DNA of 56,752 nt, filler included, from Jimgerdemannia flammicorona (Eukaryota), in the NCBI GenBank assembly GCA_003990765.1. It is 2 parts of 2 records of this genome, joined end to end, with 100 filler letters (N's around TTAATTAATTAA, not from the genome) between each part and the next. Parts side by side here need not be neighbours in the genome. Positions count along the whole stretch, not along the records: positions 1 to 28,326 come from RBNJ01000566.1; positions 28,427 to 56,752 come from RBNJ01000567.1. The stretch is one strand, 5' to 3'. Positions 23,600 to 35,640 of this stretch are shown here, piece after piece. The first letter of the stretch is position 1; every line of letters starts with the position of its first letter. The notes beneath the pieces were generated by a model. The model did not search any database and was not told the DNA's origin. It was given only the letters and a program-made list of their open reading frames with translations. A program made the position numbers and the translations under genes.

Positions 23600-26408
23600 A
23601 TACCTACAGATAGTCTTTGATATACTCTAAGAATATAAGCTCTTAGCAAAAAGAAAGAAATGTCATATCTTCAGAAAGGAAATCAAATATCTAGGATACA
23701 TTATCTCCAAAAACAGTATTGCTATTGATCCTTAGAAAACCTAAGCAATCTGCAATTGGTCTATTCTGAAGACCCTCAAGTCTCTATGAGGATTTAATGG
23801 ACTAGTAGGATATTATTGGAGATTTATTCAAGAATTCTTTGTAATTGCTACTCTACATAGTTGTCTTATTAAGAAAAGAGCTAATATTGAAAATGAATGG
23901 ACAGACGTATACACTATAGCCATGAATACCCTCATGAGAATACTGATAGATGCACTAATTCTGATTAGTCTCAACCCAATAAGATTCTTCATAGTCATCA
24001 CTGATACTTCAAACATTGCCATTGATACTATCCTAACTCCATATAAATATTCTATTACCTATATATCTCAGAATCTTAATGAGCATGAAAGAAACTACAT
24101 TACACAAGACAAGGAACTCCTTGCTATCATCTGATCTCTACAAGTATAGAGATATTACTTTCTCAATAAAAAGTTCACCCTATGGACAAATCATCGAGCC
24201 CTCTAATATATTCAGATATAGCTAATTCTTACAGAAAGATAGATCCAATAGATGTAGATTCTAGCACCTTTTGATATTAAAATCTAATACATTACTGGAA
24301 CTAAGAATAAAGTAACTAATATACTCTCCCAAAGTGCTCAAAAGAATGACCTTATAGCAATTAGCAATATCATCACTAGTCTATTTGAAGAAGTTAAGAT
24401 GGAGTATACCAAGAACAGTATATATACAAATTCGTAAAGAAGGCAATAATATTATAAAGAAAGTCTATAAGAATGTATCTATTTTAAATGGATACATATA
24501 CCTTGATAATATAAGAATTTGGATCCCTGACACCCCTATCTGTTTATGAATCCTATAAGTACTCTATGATATACTTATAGCTGGATTTATAGATTTTGGC
24601 AAAATATATCAACATATTACCTGAGACTTCTACTAACTCAAAATGATATCCAATATCAAAAACTATATTGTATTCTGCCATATCTGCCAAAGGTATACAC
24701 TTACCATTCAGGTACTAGTTGGTATTCTACAACCACTATCAATTCTTATCTAAAATTGAGACTATATTACAATGAACTTTAGAAAAGAGATGCAATTATC
24801 ATCTTCATTAATCATCTCAGTAAGCAAACTTACTTTGTCACAACCACTACTATAGCAGTAGTACCAGAAACAGTACAGCTATTCATTGATAATATATTCT
24901 GCCTTCATTAACTACTATCACTAATTATCTCAGACAGAGATTCAAAATTTTTAAGTAACTTTTGGCAAGTACTCTTTAAGAGTCTAGAAGGACAACTGAA
25001 AATGTTTATAGCATAACATCTACAAATAGATGGCCAGACAGAAGAACTAATCAAACCCAGAAGTAAATGCTCAGCATCTTGTATGGCTATAAGAAAAATA
25101 ATTAGAATAAAAAGTTGACTCTAGCCAAATTTACATATAATAATAGCTTAATTATAAGTACTAAGATAACACTATTTTACTTAAACCATGATCAATATCT
25201 ATGAACTTCTATAGTTACTACCTTAACTATATTACTAGTAGTACAAGAAATTACTAATACTATATAAGATAATATTCAGTAAGTATAAGATACCCTCATA
25301 GAAGCACAAAATATACAAGTGATATATATTGATAAAAATAGAAGAGAAGTTACCTATAAAATAGGAGAACAATTATTACTCAGCATCTGGCATCTGACCC
25401 TGAGTAATACAGATCCCAAAAAGAAACTTAAACTCTACTATATTGAATCATTCAAGATTCTCAAAAAATATGAACCTATTGTATTCAAGTTAGACCTCCC
25501 AGCAATACTAGGAAGAATTTACCCAGTGTTCTATATATTACAACTATAGCTATATACTCTGAACACCTTTGAAGAAGAAACTATATTACTCCCAGATCTG
25601 ATAATCATTAATCAGCAGATAGAATATGAAGTTAGACTATAAAGATTACTAATTTGGATGTCTGCTAAGCCCACTCAGTACTATCTTATATAGAAAGGAT
25701 ACTCTGAATATAATACTATCAGAAAAAAAGAAAACAATCTTTTACCAAATATAGAAGAAGTAGTAACCCAATATAGATATCTAGTATAATAAAAATTCTG
25801 ACAGAATTCTAAAAGACAGTCATACCTCTGAATAATCTCAGTAAAAAGAAGTATAAATATTCTGAAATAATCTTATATAAATAACCCTACTTCCAATATA
25901 AGTATATAGCAATAATATCAAGAACAAGTTAAGAACAAGATTGCTGCTACAGTTCTTAGAGTGACAGAATATCAATGAAACTTTACTAAACTGCAATCTA
26001 TCAACATATATATCTCTGGAGACCTCAATTTAAATGAAGCTCAACAATGTCTTAGAAGAATACAATATTTGTAGGCTTTTTGCTACTAATAAGAACTTAG
26101 GAAGTACTATAAGATAGGATGCCTTATCTATCAACAAGCTACCCTCAGGACTGCTAAGCATTGAGTCTATCTTTTCATTGATGACTCTACTTATATAGTT
26201 GCCAAATAATATTATGACCTTTTCTGTACCAGAGCCCAAGTCCTTGAATATCTCTATGGAGTATTCCCTGATAATATCATCAATTTGAGTAACAAATAAT
26301 AGGGCAAGATTGTTTTTCAAGTAGTCTAGTATACTGCTCTTCAGTTTGATGAATATCTAGAGTTTAGTGCTGAGTCTAATGAGTAGGCTGAAGCAAAGAA
26401 GAGGAGGA

Positions 26409-26838
26409 TATAAGAATTGTTACAATCTTCTGGAATTTTCTATAGAATTTCCAACTAGTACTCATAGTTATCCAAGGTAGTATAACTGTGTATAAATATA
26501 TCCAATGTACTATATATAATTATAGTCTTGAATATGTATAAATACTCTCTGTACTGAGTGCATTGTAACCTCAGTACCACTTTTTCTGAATATAAGAATA
26601 AAGTAGAATTCTTATCACAGAAACCCCTCAGATCCAACTTGTTAACTATTCCAGCTCAATAAACTTAGAATACAAGCACAGTCATTCCTATCAGTATCAG
26701 AATTAAAAGTAATACTTGGACTCTATTGCATTTGATAACTAGAACTTAGTACTTTCTCAAGAACTCAGAACTTAGAACTAATAGTCACTATTAATTATCT
26801 ATAATATATTAATTCTATTGATATATAGTTATATTATA
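26409..26838 (+). repeat. 3' LTR of element A
   Basis: Follows the PPT and is homologous to 4202-4669. Confidence 0.8.
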
Positions 26839-26899
26839 ATTTTTTAACTCTCTCTTTTAATTTATCTAAATTAAAAAGAACAGATTTTTTATCACAGTA

Positions 26900-28149
26900 T
26901 CTAAATCTAATTCCTAATATATATAATATATATAGCTTTATAGTTAGCAATCACTCAATCTCATAGTTATATAATTTGTATAATTATATAAAAAGTACAA
27001 CTTAATATAACTCATAATTATATAGATTGTACAGATGTATATATTTCAAAACTATACAAAATAACTTACAGAAAATGAAGTCATAAATTAGCTATTATAT
27101 AGTTAAAAAACTTGTATAAATATTCTCAGTATCTAGAGTCTATAATCTTAAATTCAAATAGTTAAAAGGTAAAGAAATAAGTGAACTAGTAAGCTTATAG
27201 GCAGATATACTTTGAACTTACCCACCTCTATATCTGAGAACTTTAAGTTATAAAAAAAGGTCAAATATTTAAGATAAAGAAATCTGCTATATATTTACTA
27301 TTATATAACTATAATATTATGACTTAGTATCTATTGATTGATAATTAAAGATAAATTCTTCACTTTTAAGTTGAATAATAAACAACTACTACCACCTGAA
27401 CATAAACTTAAATTGAATCAAGACATCTAGATAAGATAGATATGAGACTATTAGTATTTTCTCAATATATTTTTAATCATTCAATCATTACTTTTCTTGA
27501 TAATTTTAAGCAATATACTGTAGTAAGTACTCTAACATTTATATAACAAGTGGCTCTTATACAATTTAATCTCTAAGGATATATAAGAGCTGTATTTATA
27601 GCTATAAATTATACTAAAAAGAGTAATACTATAATATTAATAGTACTGAAGACCTGATTGAAAACCATCTACTTTATAGATGAAATCAAGCAAGCTCTGA
27701 AGAATTAACTCAATATAACCTACTAAGGAATGAATGAAAACCTGAATACCTTCTATACTTAAATTCAATATCTAATAATTCTAGCTAATTATACTAATAC
27801 TATCAAAGATGAAATAGCTGAAACATATAATAATACTATTAAAGATCAATTAGCTGAAACAATTTTCATAAAAGGAATTCACTTAGAGATAGTTATGACA
27901 ATATAATCATTACTAATAATTCTGAACTTATTATAGAACATATACTTAGTAATAATAGATAGCCAGATACCCTCAAGTTTAGACAATAAAAAGGGTTATT
28001 AGAGTTAGAGTTGAAGCATCTAAGATAACTAGGATAATCTATATAACTATAGTTAATCAAAATATATCTCAATTAAAGATCATAGAGTAGTATATAGAGG
28101 AATAGTACTTCTAATAGAAAACTACTAAGAAGTTTGTTAAAATAACTAT
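26900..28149 (+). mobile_element. More decayed relative of element B (LTR 3' half plus gag)
   Basis: 27180-28140 aligns with 5930-6860 (e.g. CAAGACATCTAGA.AAGATAGATAT.AGAC). The left boundary is approximate. Confidence 0.75.
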
Positions 28150-28326
28150 TGTGACGGTACAGCCAGATTTGGAAGAAGGAAATAGGGAATAGACACTTGA
28201 TCGCACCCATTCCCAAAGTAGTATAGCATCATAGTTAGCAGTCCTCGATTTCGACATTGTCTAATTTCTTAGACATTGTCTAAATTTTAGACATTATCCA
28301 AATCGAATACCCCGATTTAGTATAGC
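28150..28326 (+). mobile_element. Start of a younger LTR, cut by the assembly gap
   Basis: Begins TGTGACGG, resembles the start of the B LTR and retains CpGs. Confidence 0.55.
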
Positions 28327-28426
28327 NNNNNNNNNNNNNNNNNNNNNNNNNNNNNNNNNNNNNNNNNNNNTTAATTAATTAANNNNNNNNNNNNNNNNNN
28401 NNNNNNNNNNNNNNNNNNNNNNNNNN
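28327..28426. other. Artificial scaffold linker (44 N + TTAATTAATTAA + 44 N)
   Basis: Exactly 100 bp, with a six-frame stop cassette in the centre. Confidence 0.95.
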
Positions 28427-28447
28427 AAAAAAAAAAAAAAAAAAAAA

Positions 28448-29010
28448 TGGTTCTCTACCATTAAGCCTCTATCAATGAGAATCCAGCAATAATAAGTCTC
28501 TATTAACAATTCTCTGCCATTGAGCCCCTATTGACCATTCTCTACCATTGAGCCTTTATTGACTATTCTCTGCCATCAAGTCTCCATTAATGAGAATTCA
28601 GCAGTGATAAGTTTCCATTGACCATTCTCTATTATTGAGCCTCCATCAATAAGAATCCAGCAGCAATGAGTCTCCATCAATGGTTCTCTACCATCAAGCT
28701 TCCATTAAGCATTCTCTGCCATCAAGTCTCCATTAACTATTCTCTACCATTAAGCCTCCATTAACTGTTCTCTGCCATCAAGCCTCTATTGACCATTCTC
28801 TGCCATTAAGCCTCTATTGATCAGTCTCTGCTATCAAGCCTCCATCAACTGTTCTCTACCATTGAGACTCTATTGATCATCTCTATCATTGAGCCTCCAT
28901 TAAAGAGAATTTAGCAGTAATAATAGTTCTCTGCCATCTGCTATAGAGTCTCTATAAATGAGAATTTAGCAGTAATGAATCTTTATTGACCATTCTCTAC
29001 TATTAAGCCT
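28448..29010 (+). repeat. Tandem array of 28/48-bp units (TTCTCTGCCATTGAGCCTCCATTGACCA), forward orientation
   Basis: Read directly from the sequence. Confidence 0.9.
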
Positions 29011-29051
29011 TTATAATATATATATATATATAATTATAAAAATATATTTAC

Positions 29052-30363
29052 CTGTTAAAGTATATCTTCACCAGTCTAATATCCTTTATGATTTTTGCCA
29101 ACTTAAAATAAAACACATGCCTCTTTTTGAATATTGTTCTTTAGATATAGCTAGATATCCAATAGTGTCTAGAAGAAATTTTCTTATCATTAAACAAGCA
29201 TCTCTACTTTTTTTCCTCAAAGATTGTTCCTCTTTTGGTCTTTATCTATATCTAAGATCATTATTAGTATTGAAAACAGCTTCATCATGAGTAACTAAGA
29301 TATGTTGTTCTCTAAATAAAATGTTATATAGTAATGGTTGAAGATCTTGATCATATTTAAAAATTAATAATTTCCATCTAGCTAGTTGTTATAAGAATTA
29401 TTGACAATGAGCTTTAATATTTTCATATTCATGACTATCAACATAAATTCCTTTTCTGTATTTGTTGTAAATATATTCCATTTTGACCATTCATCTTCTT
29501 ATAGTTTCTTCATAAATAGTTATCACTTTTGTTGATAGATTAAGTGCTGGAAAAATTCTATATCCAAATGTTTTTTAAGTATTCTAGAAGTTGCTGTAAA
29601 TTTGTTATTCTGTAAAATAAGTTGTAACTACCTATTGAATATTTATATCTTGAAGAAGACATTTAACTTTTGAATGTTTTCCTTATTTGATAGTAGGAAT
29701 AAGTTGTTCATCAATCTGATCCTGTCTCCATTTCTACAAAAGTTTTAAATAATAATATCCATAATTTATACTTTCTGTAATAAGATTACTGATCTCAGAA
29801 TTACTCTAATTGTTATTCCTAAGTATCAAATACTGTGAGATATTGTGAAGTCACAAAATCATAGACAGAGAGAGATCTTTTGTTGTTTTTATAACGTTTT
29901 GTAGTATTTCAATAAGAATATCATCATTGTTATCATTATCACTATCTTCTTCTTCATAGTTATCAATTTCTTTCATCTTCATCTTTAATATTATTATCTT
30001 TATCTTCATCATCCTCATCCTCAGTATCATTTTCACTATTGTCATCTTGCTTCTCTTCCTCATCTTTATTTTTATCTTTTTCTTCTTTATCATCCTGGTT
30101 TCTATATATAATAAATTAATTATATTATTAGATTATATATACATATATATTATTTTTTAATTTCTATATAGATTAAAAATTTACTTTATATACTTTAGTA
30201 TGTTTTGGTTACTACTATATTCAGAAGGTAGTGGTAATAGTAATGGTGAAGCTTGGGGAGTTGAAAGCAAAGAAATTATCTTATATATATCCTCAACATT
30301 TCTTTGTATTTTTTGATATTATATCTCTCTCAGCCAAAGTGCTTGTTTTGTCAATCATCCCAT
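29052..30363 (-). pseudogene. Truncated DDE-type transposase relic (possibly IS630-Tc1-mariner related)
   Basis: Minus-strand translation through stops gives GKHSK, ETIRR*M, RKGIYVDSHE, HILVTHDEAVFNTND and LRKKSR, matching my recollection of fungal KGxYxDGHER...THDES transposases. Confidence 0.6.
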
Positions 30364-30419
30364 TGTTATACTATAATTATAATCTAATATAATATAAAGC
30401 AAGATTAATATAAAAGGCT

Positions 30420-31636
30420 TATAGAATTCTCATTAATAGAGACTCAATAATAGAGAACTATTGATGGAGGCTTGATAATAGAGAGTGGTCAATAGAGACT
30501 CAATAGTAGAGAACTATCAATAGAGACTCAATGGCAGAGAACTATCAATAGAGTCCCAATAGCAGAGAACAGTCAATAGAGGCTCAATAGTAGAGAACTA
30601 TTATTACTACTGAATTCTCATTGATAGAGACATGATAGTAGAGAACTGTTATTACTGCTGAATTCCCATTGATAGAGGCTCAATGAGAGAGAATAGTCAA
30701 TGAAAGCTTGATGGCAGAGAACTATTTTTACTGCTAAATTCTCATTGATAGAGGTTTGATGGCAGAGAATGATTAATAGAGGCTTGATAGTAGAGAACAG
30801 TCAATGGAGGCTTGATGACAGAGAATGGTCAATAGAGACTTGATGGCAGAGAGTAGAGAATAGTTGATAGAGGCTTAATGGTAGAGAACTGTTATTATTA
30901 CTGAATTCTCATTGATGGAGGCTCAATGGCAGAGAACTGTTATTACTGCTGAATTTTCATTAATGGAGGCTCAATAGTAGAGAACTGTCATTACTGCTGA
31001 ATTCTCATTAATGGAGGCTCAATAGCAGAGAACTGTCATTACTGCTGAATTTCCATTATTGGAGGCTCAATGATATAGAATGGTCAATAGAGGATTAATG
31101 GCAGAGAACTGTCATCACTGCTGAATTCTCATTAATGGAGACTTAATGGCAGAGAATGATCAATGGAGAATAGATGGTAGAGAACTGTCATTACTGATAA
31201 ATTCTCATTAATGGAGGCTCAATAGTAGAGAACTATCATTACTACTGAATTCTTTTAGATAGAGGCTCAATAACAGAGAACCATTATTGCTGCTGAATTC
31301 TTATTAATAGAGGCTTGATGGTAGAGAACTGTTATTGCTGTTAAATTCTCATTGATAGAGGCTCAATGGCAGAGAACCCTCATTACTACTGAATTCTCAT
31401 TGATAGAGACTTGATGGTAGAGAACTATTGATGGAGGCTCAATAGTAGAGAATGGTCAATATAGGCTTAATGGCAGAAAATGGTTGATAGAGGCTTGATA
31501 GTAGAGAACTATAAATAGAGACTTATTACTGCTAAATTCTCATTAATAGAGACTTGAAAGCAGAGAATAGTCAATAGAGACTCAATGGCAGAGAATAGTT
31601 GATAGAGGCTTAATGTCAGAGAACTATTGATAGAGA
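30420..31636 (-). repeat. Same 28/48-bp tandem array, reverse orientation
   Basis: GAGAATGGTCAATAGAGGCTTGATGGCA and GAGAACTGTCATTACTGCTGAATTCTCATTAATGGAGGCTCAATAGCA units. Confidence 0.9.
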
Positions 31637-31884
31637 ATCATTACTTGTTATAGTGAAATCCTCCTTACTAATAGTGTTAATATAGTAGCATAATAAGCAT
31701 AGTGTCATTAAGCTGATATACATATATATATATAAGATTTTATTTTTATATATTTTATTTGAATTATAGATAAATAGGTTTGTAGAAAGAAGAGGATATA
31801 TAGTTAATATTAATAAATTTTGAAACAAATCAATATTTCTAAGTTTGATAAGACAGATAAGTATTAGTAAGTCTCTATCAATAA

Positions 31885-32760
31885 TTCTCCCCATCAACCA
31901 TTCTCTGTCATTGAGTCTCCATTAATGAGAATTCAGCAGTGATGAGCCTCTATTGACTACTCTCTGCTATTGAACCTCTATTAATGAGAATTCAGCAGCA
32001 ATGAGCCTCCATTGACTATTCTCTGCCATTAAGCCTCCATTGACCATTCTCTACTATCAATTCTCTATCAACCATTCTGCCATCGAGCCTCCATCAATAA
32101 GAATTCAGTAGTGATAATAGTTCTCTACCATTGAGCCTCTATCAATCATTCTCTACCATTGAGCCTCTATCAATGAGAATTCAGCAATAATGATAGTTCT
32201 CTACCATCAAGCCTCTATTGACCATTCTCTGCCATTGAGTCTCCATCTAAGAATTTAGTAGCAATGAGTCTCTATTGATTGTTCTCTGCTATTGAGCCTT
32301 CATTGACCATTCTCTGCCATCAAGCCTCTATCAATGAGAATTCAGCAGTGATAACAGTTCTCTACCATTGAGCCTCTATCAATAAGAATTCAGTAGTGAT
32401 AATAGTTCTCTACCATTGAGCCTCTATCAATATAATGAGAATTCAGCAGTTATAAGCCTCTATCAATAGTTCTTAGAGGCACATTGCTGCTGAATTTTCA
32501 TTGATAGAGACTTAATAGCAGAAAACTATTAATGGAGGCTCAATGACAGAAAACAGTCAATAGAGACTCATTGCTGCTGAATTTTCATTGATAGAGGCTT
32601 AATAGTAGAAAACTATTGATAGAGGCTTAATGGCAGAGAATAGTTAATAGAGGCTCATTGCTGTTGAATTCTTATTGATAGACATCAGTAAGCCTCTATT
32701 GATGGTTCTCTGCTAGTAGTTGTCAACAATGAGAATTTAGCTTCCATTGATAAGCCTATA
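31885..32760. repeat. Second inverted pair of the same array (forward 31885-32473, reverse 32484-32681)
   Basis: Orientation switches at ~32480. Confidence 0.85.
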
Positions 32761-32849
32761 TAAGGATTCAACAACTAATATATATAGAGTTTAAAAATTG
32801 ATCTTTTTTGTTTTTTAGTTAATATTTATCACTAATGTGTAACTTCTTT

Positions 32850-35640
32850 TTATTTTTTAAAATCAACTGTAATAAGTATAGGGTACACTATATATCATTA
32901 GACAATAGTAAAATATATACTATAATAGAATAGAATAGTTATGCAATTTTACTATATTACTATAGAGATAGTATATATAGATTAATATGACTAGACTATC
33001 ATATTCTAATTGGGCTGAGACCATCAATATGGTAATATATATATATGCAACTGATGTATATCTCAAGTATTAAGTAAAGAATCTGATAATAATAAGTATT
33101 CTAGAGATAATTATCTAACTTCTGAGAAATTATGAACTAGAGTTAAGCCTAATATATATATATATTCAGATACAATATATATATTCTTATTAAAAGCATG
33201 CCAATTAGTATAAATTTAAGTCAAAAGCTAGCTAGCTTATATTTCTTGGGTATTTTGATAAGATATATTAACTCTAGGATCTATATTACATTATTTGGTA
33301 ATCTCATATAACATGTAGTTTAATAAAAAAAAAAAAAAAAAATGGAAATAATAAGAAGATTTATATATATATCTATTGGAACCTCTACTTCAACATCTAC
33401 TTCAATATCTATATTCCAGTCAATACAAATATAATAACTGGTACCAATCTCTTTAGTGGTCAAGTAAAATTATTTTTAACTACTATATATCTGAGCTAGT
33501 ATTGTCTGAGATAAGGATAATAAAGATTAAGAATAGTGAATCCTCCAACAATGATGATTAATGATCTATCAAAGATAAGAAAAAGCCAAAGCATAAGTTT
33601 AAGAATGAGACTTATTTAATTTAAGAAGCTATTAGAATATATCAAAGACCTTTTGATGCAAAGACTATATAGACTATACTAAGGTATATAAATATATATT
33701 TATTATAACTTCTGATAAGCAAAACACATATAATGAAGTGATAACTTCTCCTGATAATAAAAAGTAGAAGCAAGCTATAAATAAAGAGTATAATTTGCTT
33801 AATAAAAATAATACATAAGATCAGATATCTCTTCTGATCAATTAACAAACTATAGAATCATATTGGGTCTATAAAATTAAATAGAAAAGTAACAGAAGTA
33901 TAGAATAATATAAAGTATATTTTATTACTAAGAGTTATTTGTAAGATTATAGTATAGATTATAATAAGATATTTTTATCAATATTCAAGCTTACTTTACT
34001 TATAATACTTCTTGCAATCAGTACTATACAAAATCTAGAAATCTATTAGATAGATATAAAGATAGTATTTCTAAATAGTAATATAGATATAGAGCTATAT
34101 ATTTATCTACTACAAGGCTATGATCAGAACAATCCAACATATAAACTATATATAAGATTATATGATATCAAGCAAACTATCTGCTTGTGAAATAGAAAAA
34201 TTGATAAATATCTACTTGACAATATAAGTATATAGATAGATGATATAATCATCATTATAATAAAAAGTATACTTTGAGATATTAAAGAAATTCTATTTAA
34301 GATGACTGCTATAGGTGATACATTCTTTCTTTTGAGGATATCTATTATATATAATAGGAGAATATATTATATACTACTTCAGTTAACTTATATCTACACT
34401 ATCCTCAAATAATAAAATATCAGTAAAATTAAAAAAAACTCAATATTATATCTGAGATCAATAATTACAAAAACTACATCAATATTACCTATTAATAAGT
34501 AGTTGGTTCATATATTAGAAACAAGGTCTGATATTTTATATATTATAGAAAAAGTAGTATAGTACTTATCCTACTATAACAATTTATATTAAAGTACTGT
34601 TAAAAGGATTTTTAGATATATATATTAAAGGAATAGCATACTATACTCACCTTCAGTAGATTGAGTAGAAGTAATAGCAATAAGGATAAAGACAATAGTA
34701 ATCAATTATCTGGTATTTATAATACTGATTGGGCTAAAGACTTAGATGATTGCCAATTTACAACTGGATACTTTTATTAATTAAATGACAAAAGAGTAAT
34801 TTTATAGCAAATATATATACAGAGTTCAATGATAAGATCATCTATATAAGTAAAGTATCAAATATTATCCATAGTAATAAAGAAAGCTATTTTGCTATAT
34901 CAGCTATTAAAGAAACTTAGCTTTGATTAGAAATAGCACTATATACTTATTTATCAGAATAATCAACCCATAATTACTATGTATTTATTATAGTAGAACT
35001 AAATATATTAATATATAATAATATTATATATGAGAATATATAGAGAATAGAACTATATACTAAAAATATATTCCAATATAATATATAATTATAGATTTAC
35101 TTACCAAAGCTCTGCCAGGACCTAAATTTAAATAATATACTAAAGAAATAAGTCTTACAACAAACTATATACCAGTAATAGAACTATATATCAGCAATAG
35201 GTAATTATGGGATATTTTATTATAAAAAAATATAAAAAAATGATATATTATACCTTTCAATATATCTCTATCTTCAAGTATTGTATTATTACTCACTAAC
35301 TCTTCTTTATTTTTCTTTTTCTATATTTGAGATTTCCTATCATTGAGATCAATTTATAATCTTCATTACTATTATAGTTTCTTATACTTTAAGCATAAGT
35401 AGATAGTATTATTTTAGTATATTTGCAGTCATTTTGCAGTTATTACTTGGTTATATTATAATTCTGCTTATATTACATTCTTGTATATTATCTCAATAAG
35501 CAGGAGTATTGAAATTCTTATCTCTATAATGTGACCTATATATAACTATATCATTTTTGAGTTAGGTTACTTGATGCATAAATATATAAGCAATTAATAA
35601 TAAAAAATACTCCATTCTCTACTTACTCTATATTCTCAAC
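32850..35640 (+). mobile_element. Highly decayed Ty1/Copia relic (IN end, RT, RNase H)
   Basis: WAETI (~33010), TRSDI...VKRIFRY (~34520-34620), TDWAKDLDD...TTGY (~34730), DLLTKALPGPKF (~35095-35130). Boundaries are approximate. Confidence 0.75.

Larger units (their letters stand above)
4202..26838 (+). mobile_element. Degenerate Ty3/Gypsy chromovirus LTR retrotransposon A (gag-dUTPase-PR-RT-RH-IN-chromodomain), host of nested insertions
   Basis: Homologous LTRs at 4202-4669 and 26409-26838; ATTTT on both flanks (TSD); PPT AAAGAAGAGGAGGA before the 3' LTR. Relics: Zn knuckle ~11100, dUTPase, protease (VLIDRGAS ~11970), RT (12480-12870 and 23600-23850), RNase H (FIVITDTS ~24000), integrase (24540-25200), chromodomain (EYEV...KGY, ~25620-25740). 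Confidence 0.88.

Noticed and set aside
28327..28426. TTAATTAATTAA palindrome as a biological site
   Set aside because: Assembly linker; adjacency of the two sides is not guaranteed.
29851..33848. Short Ile/Lys/Tyr-rich ORFs
   Set aside because: By-products of AT-rich decayed TE sequence.
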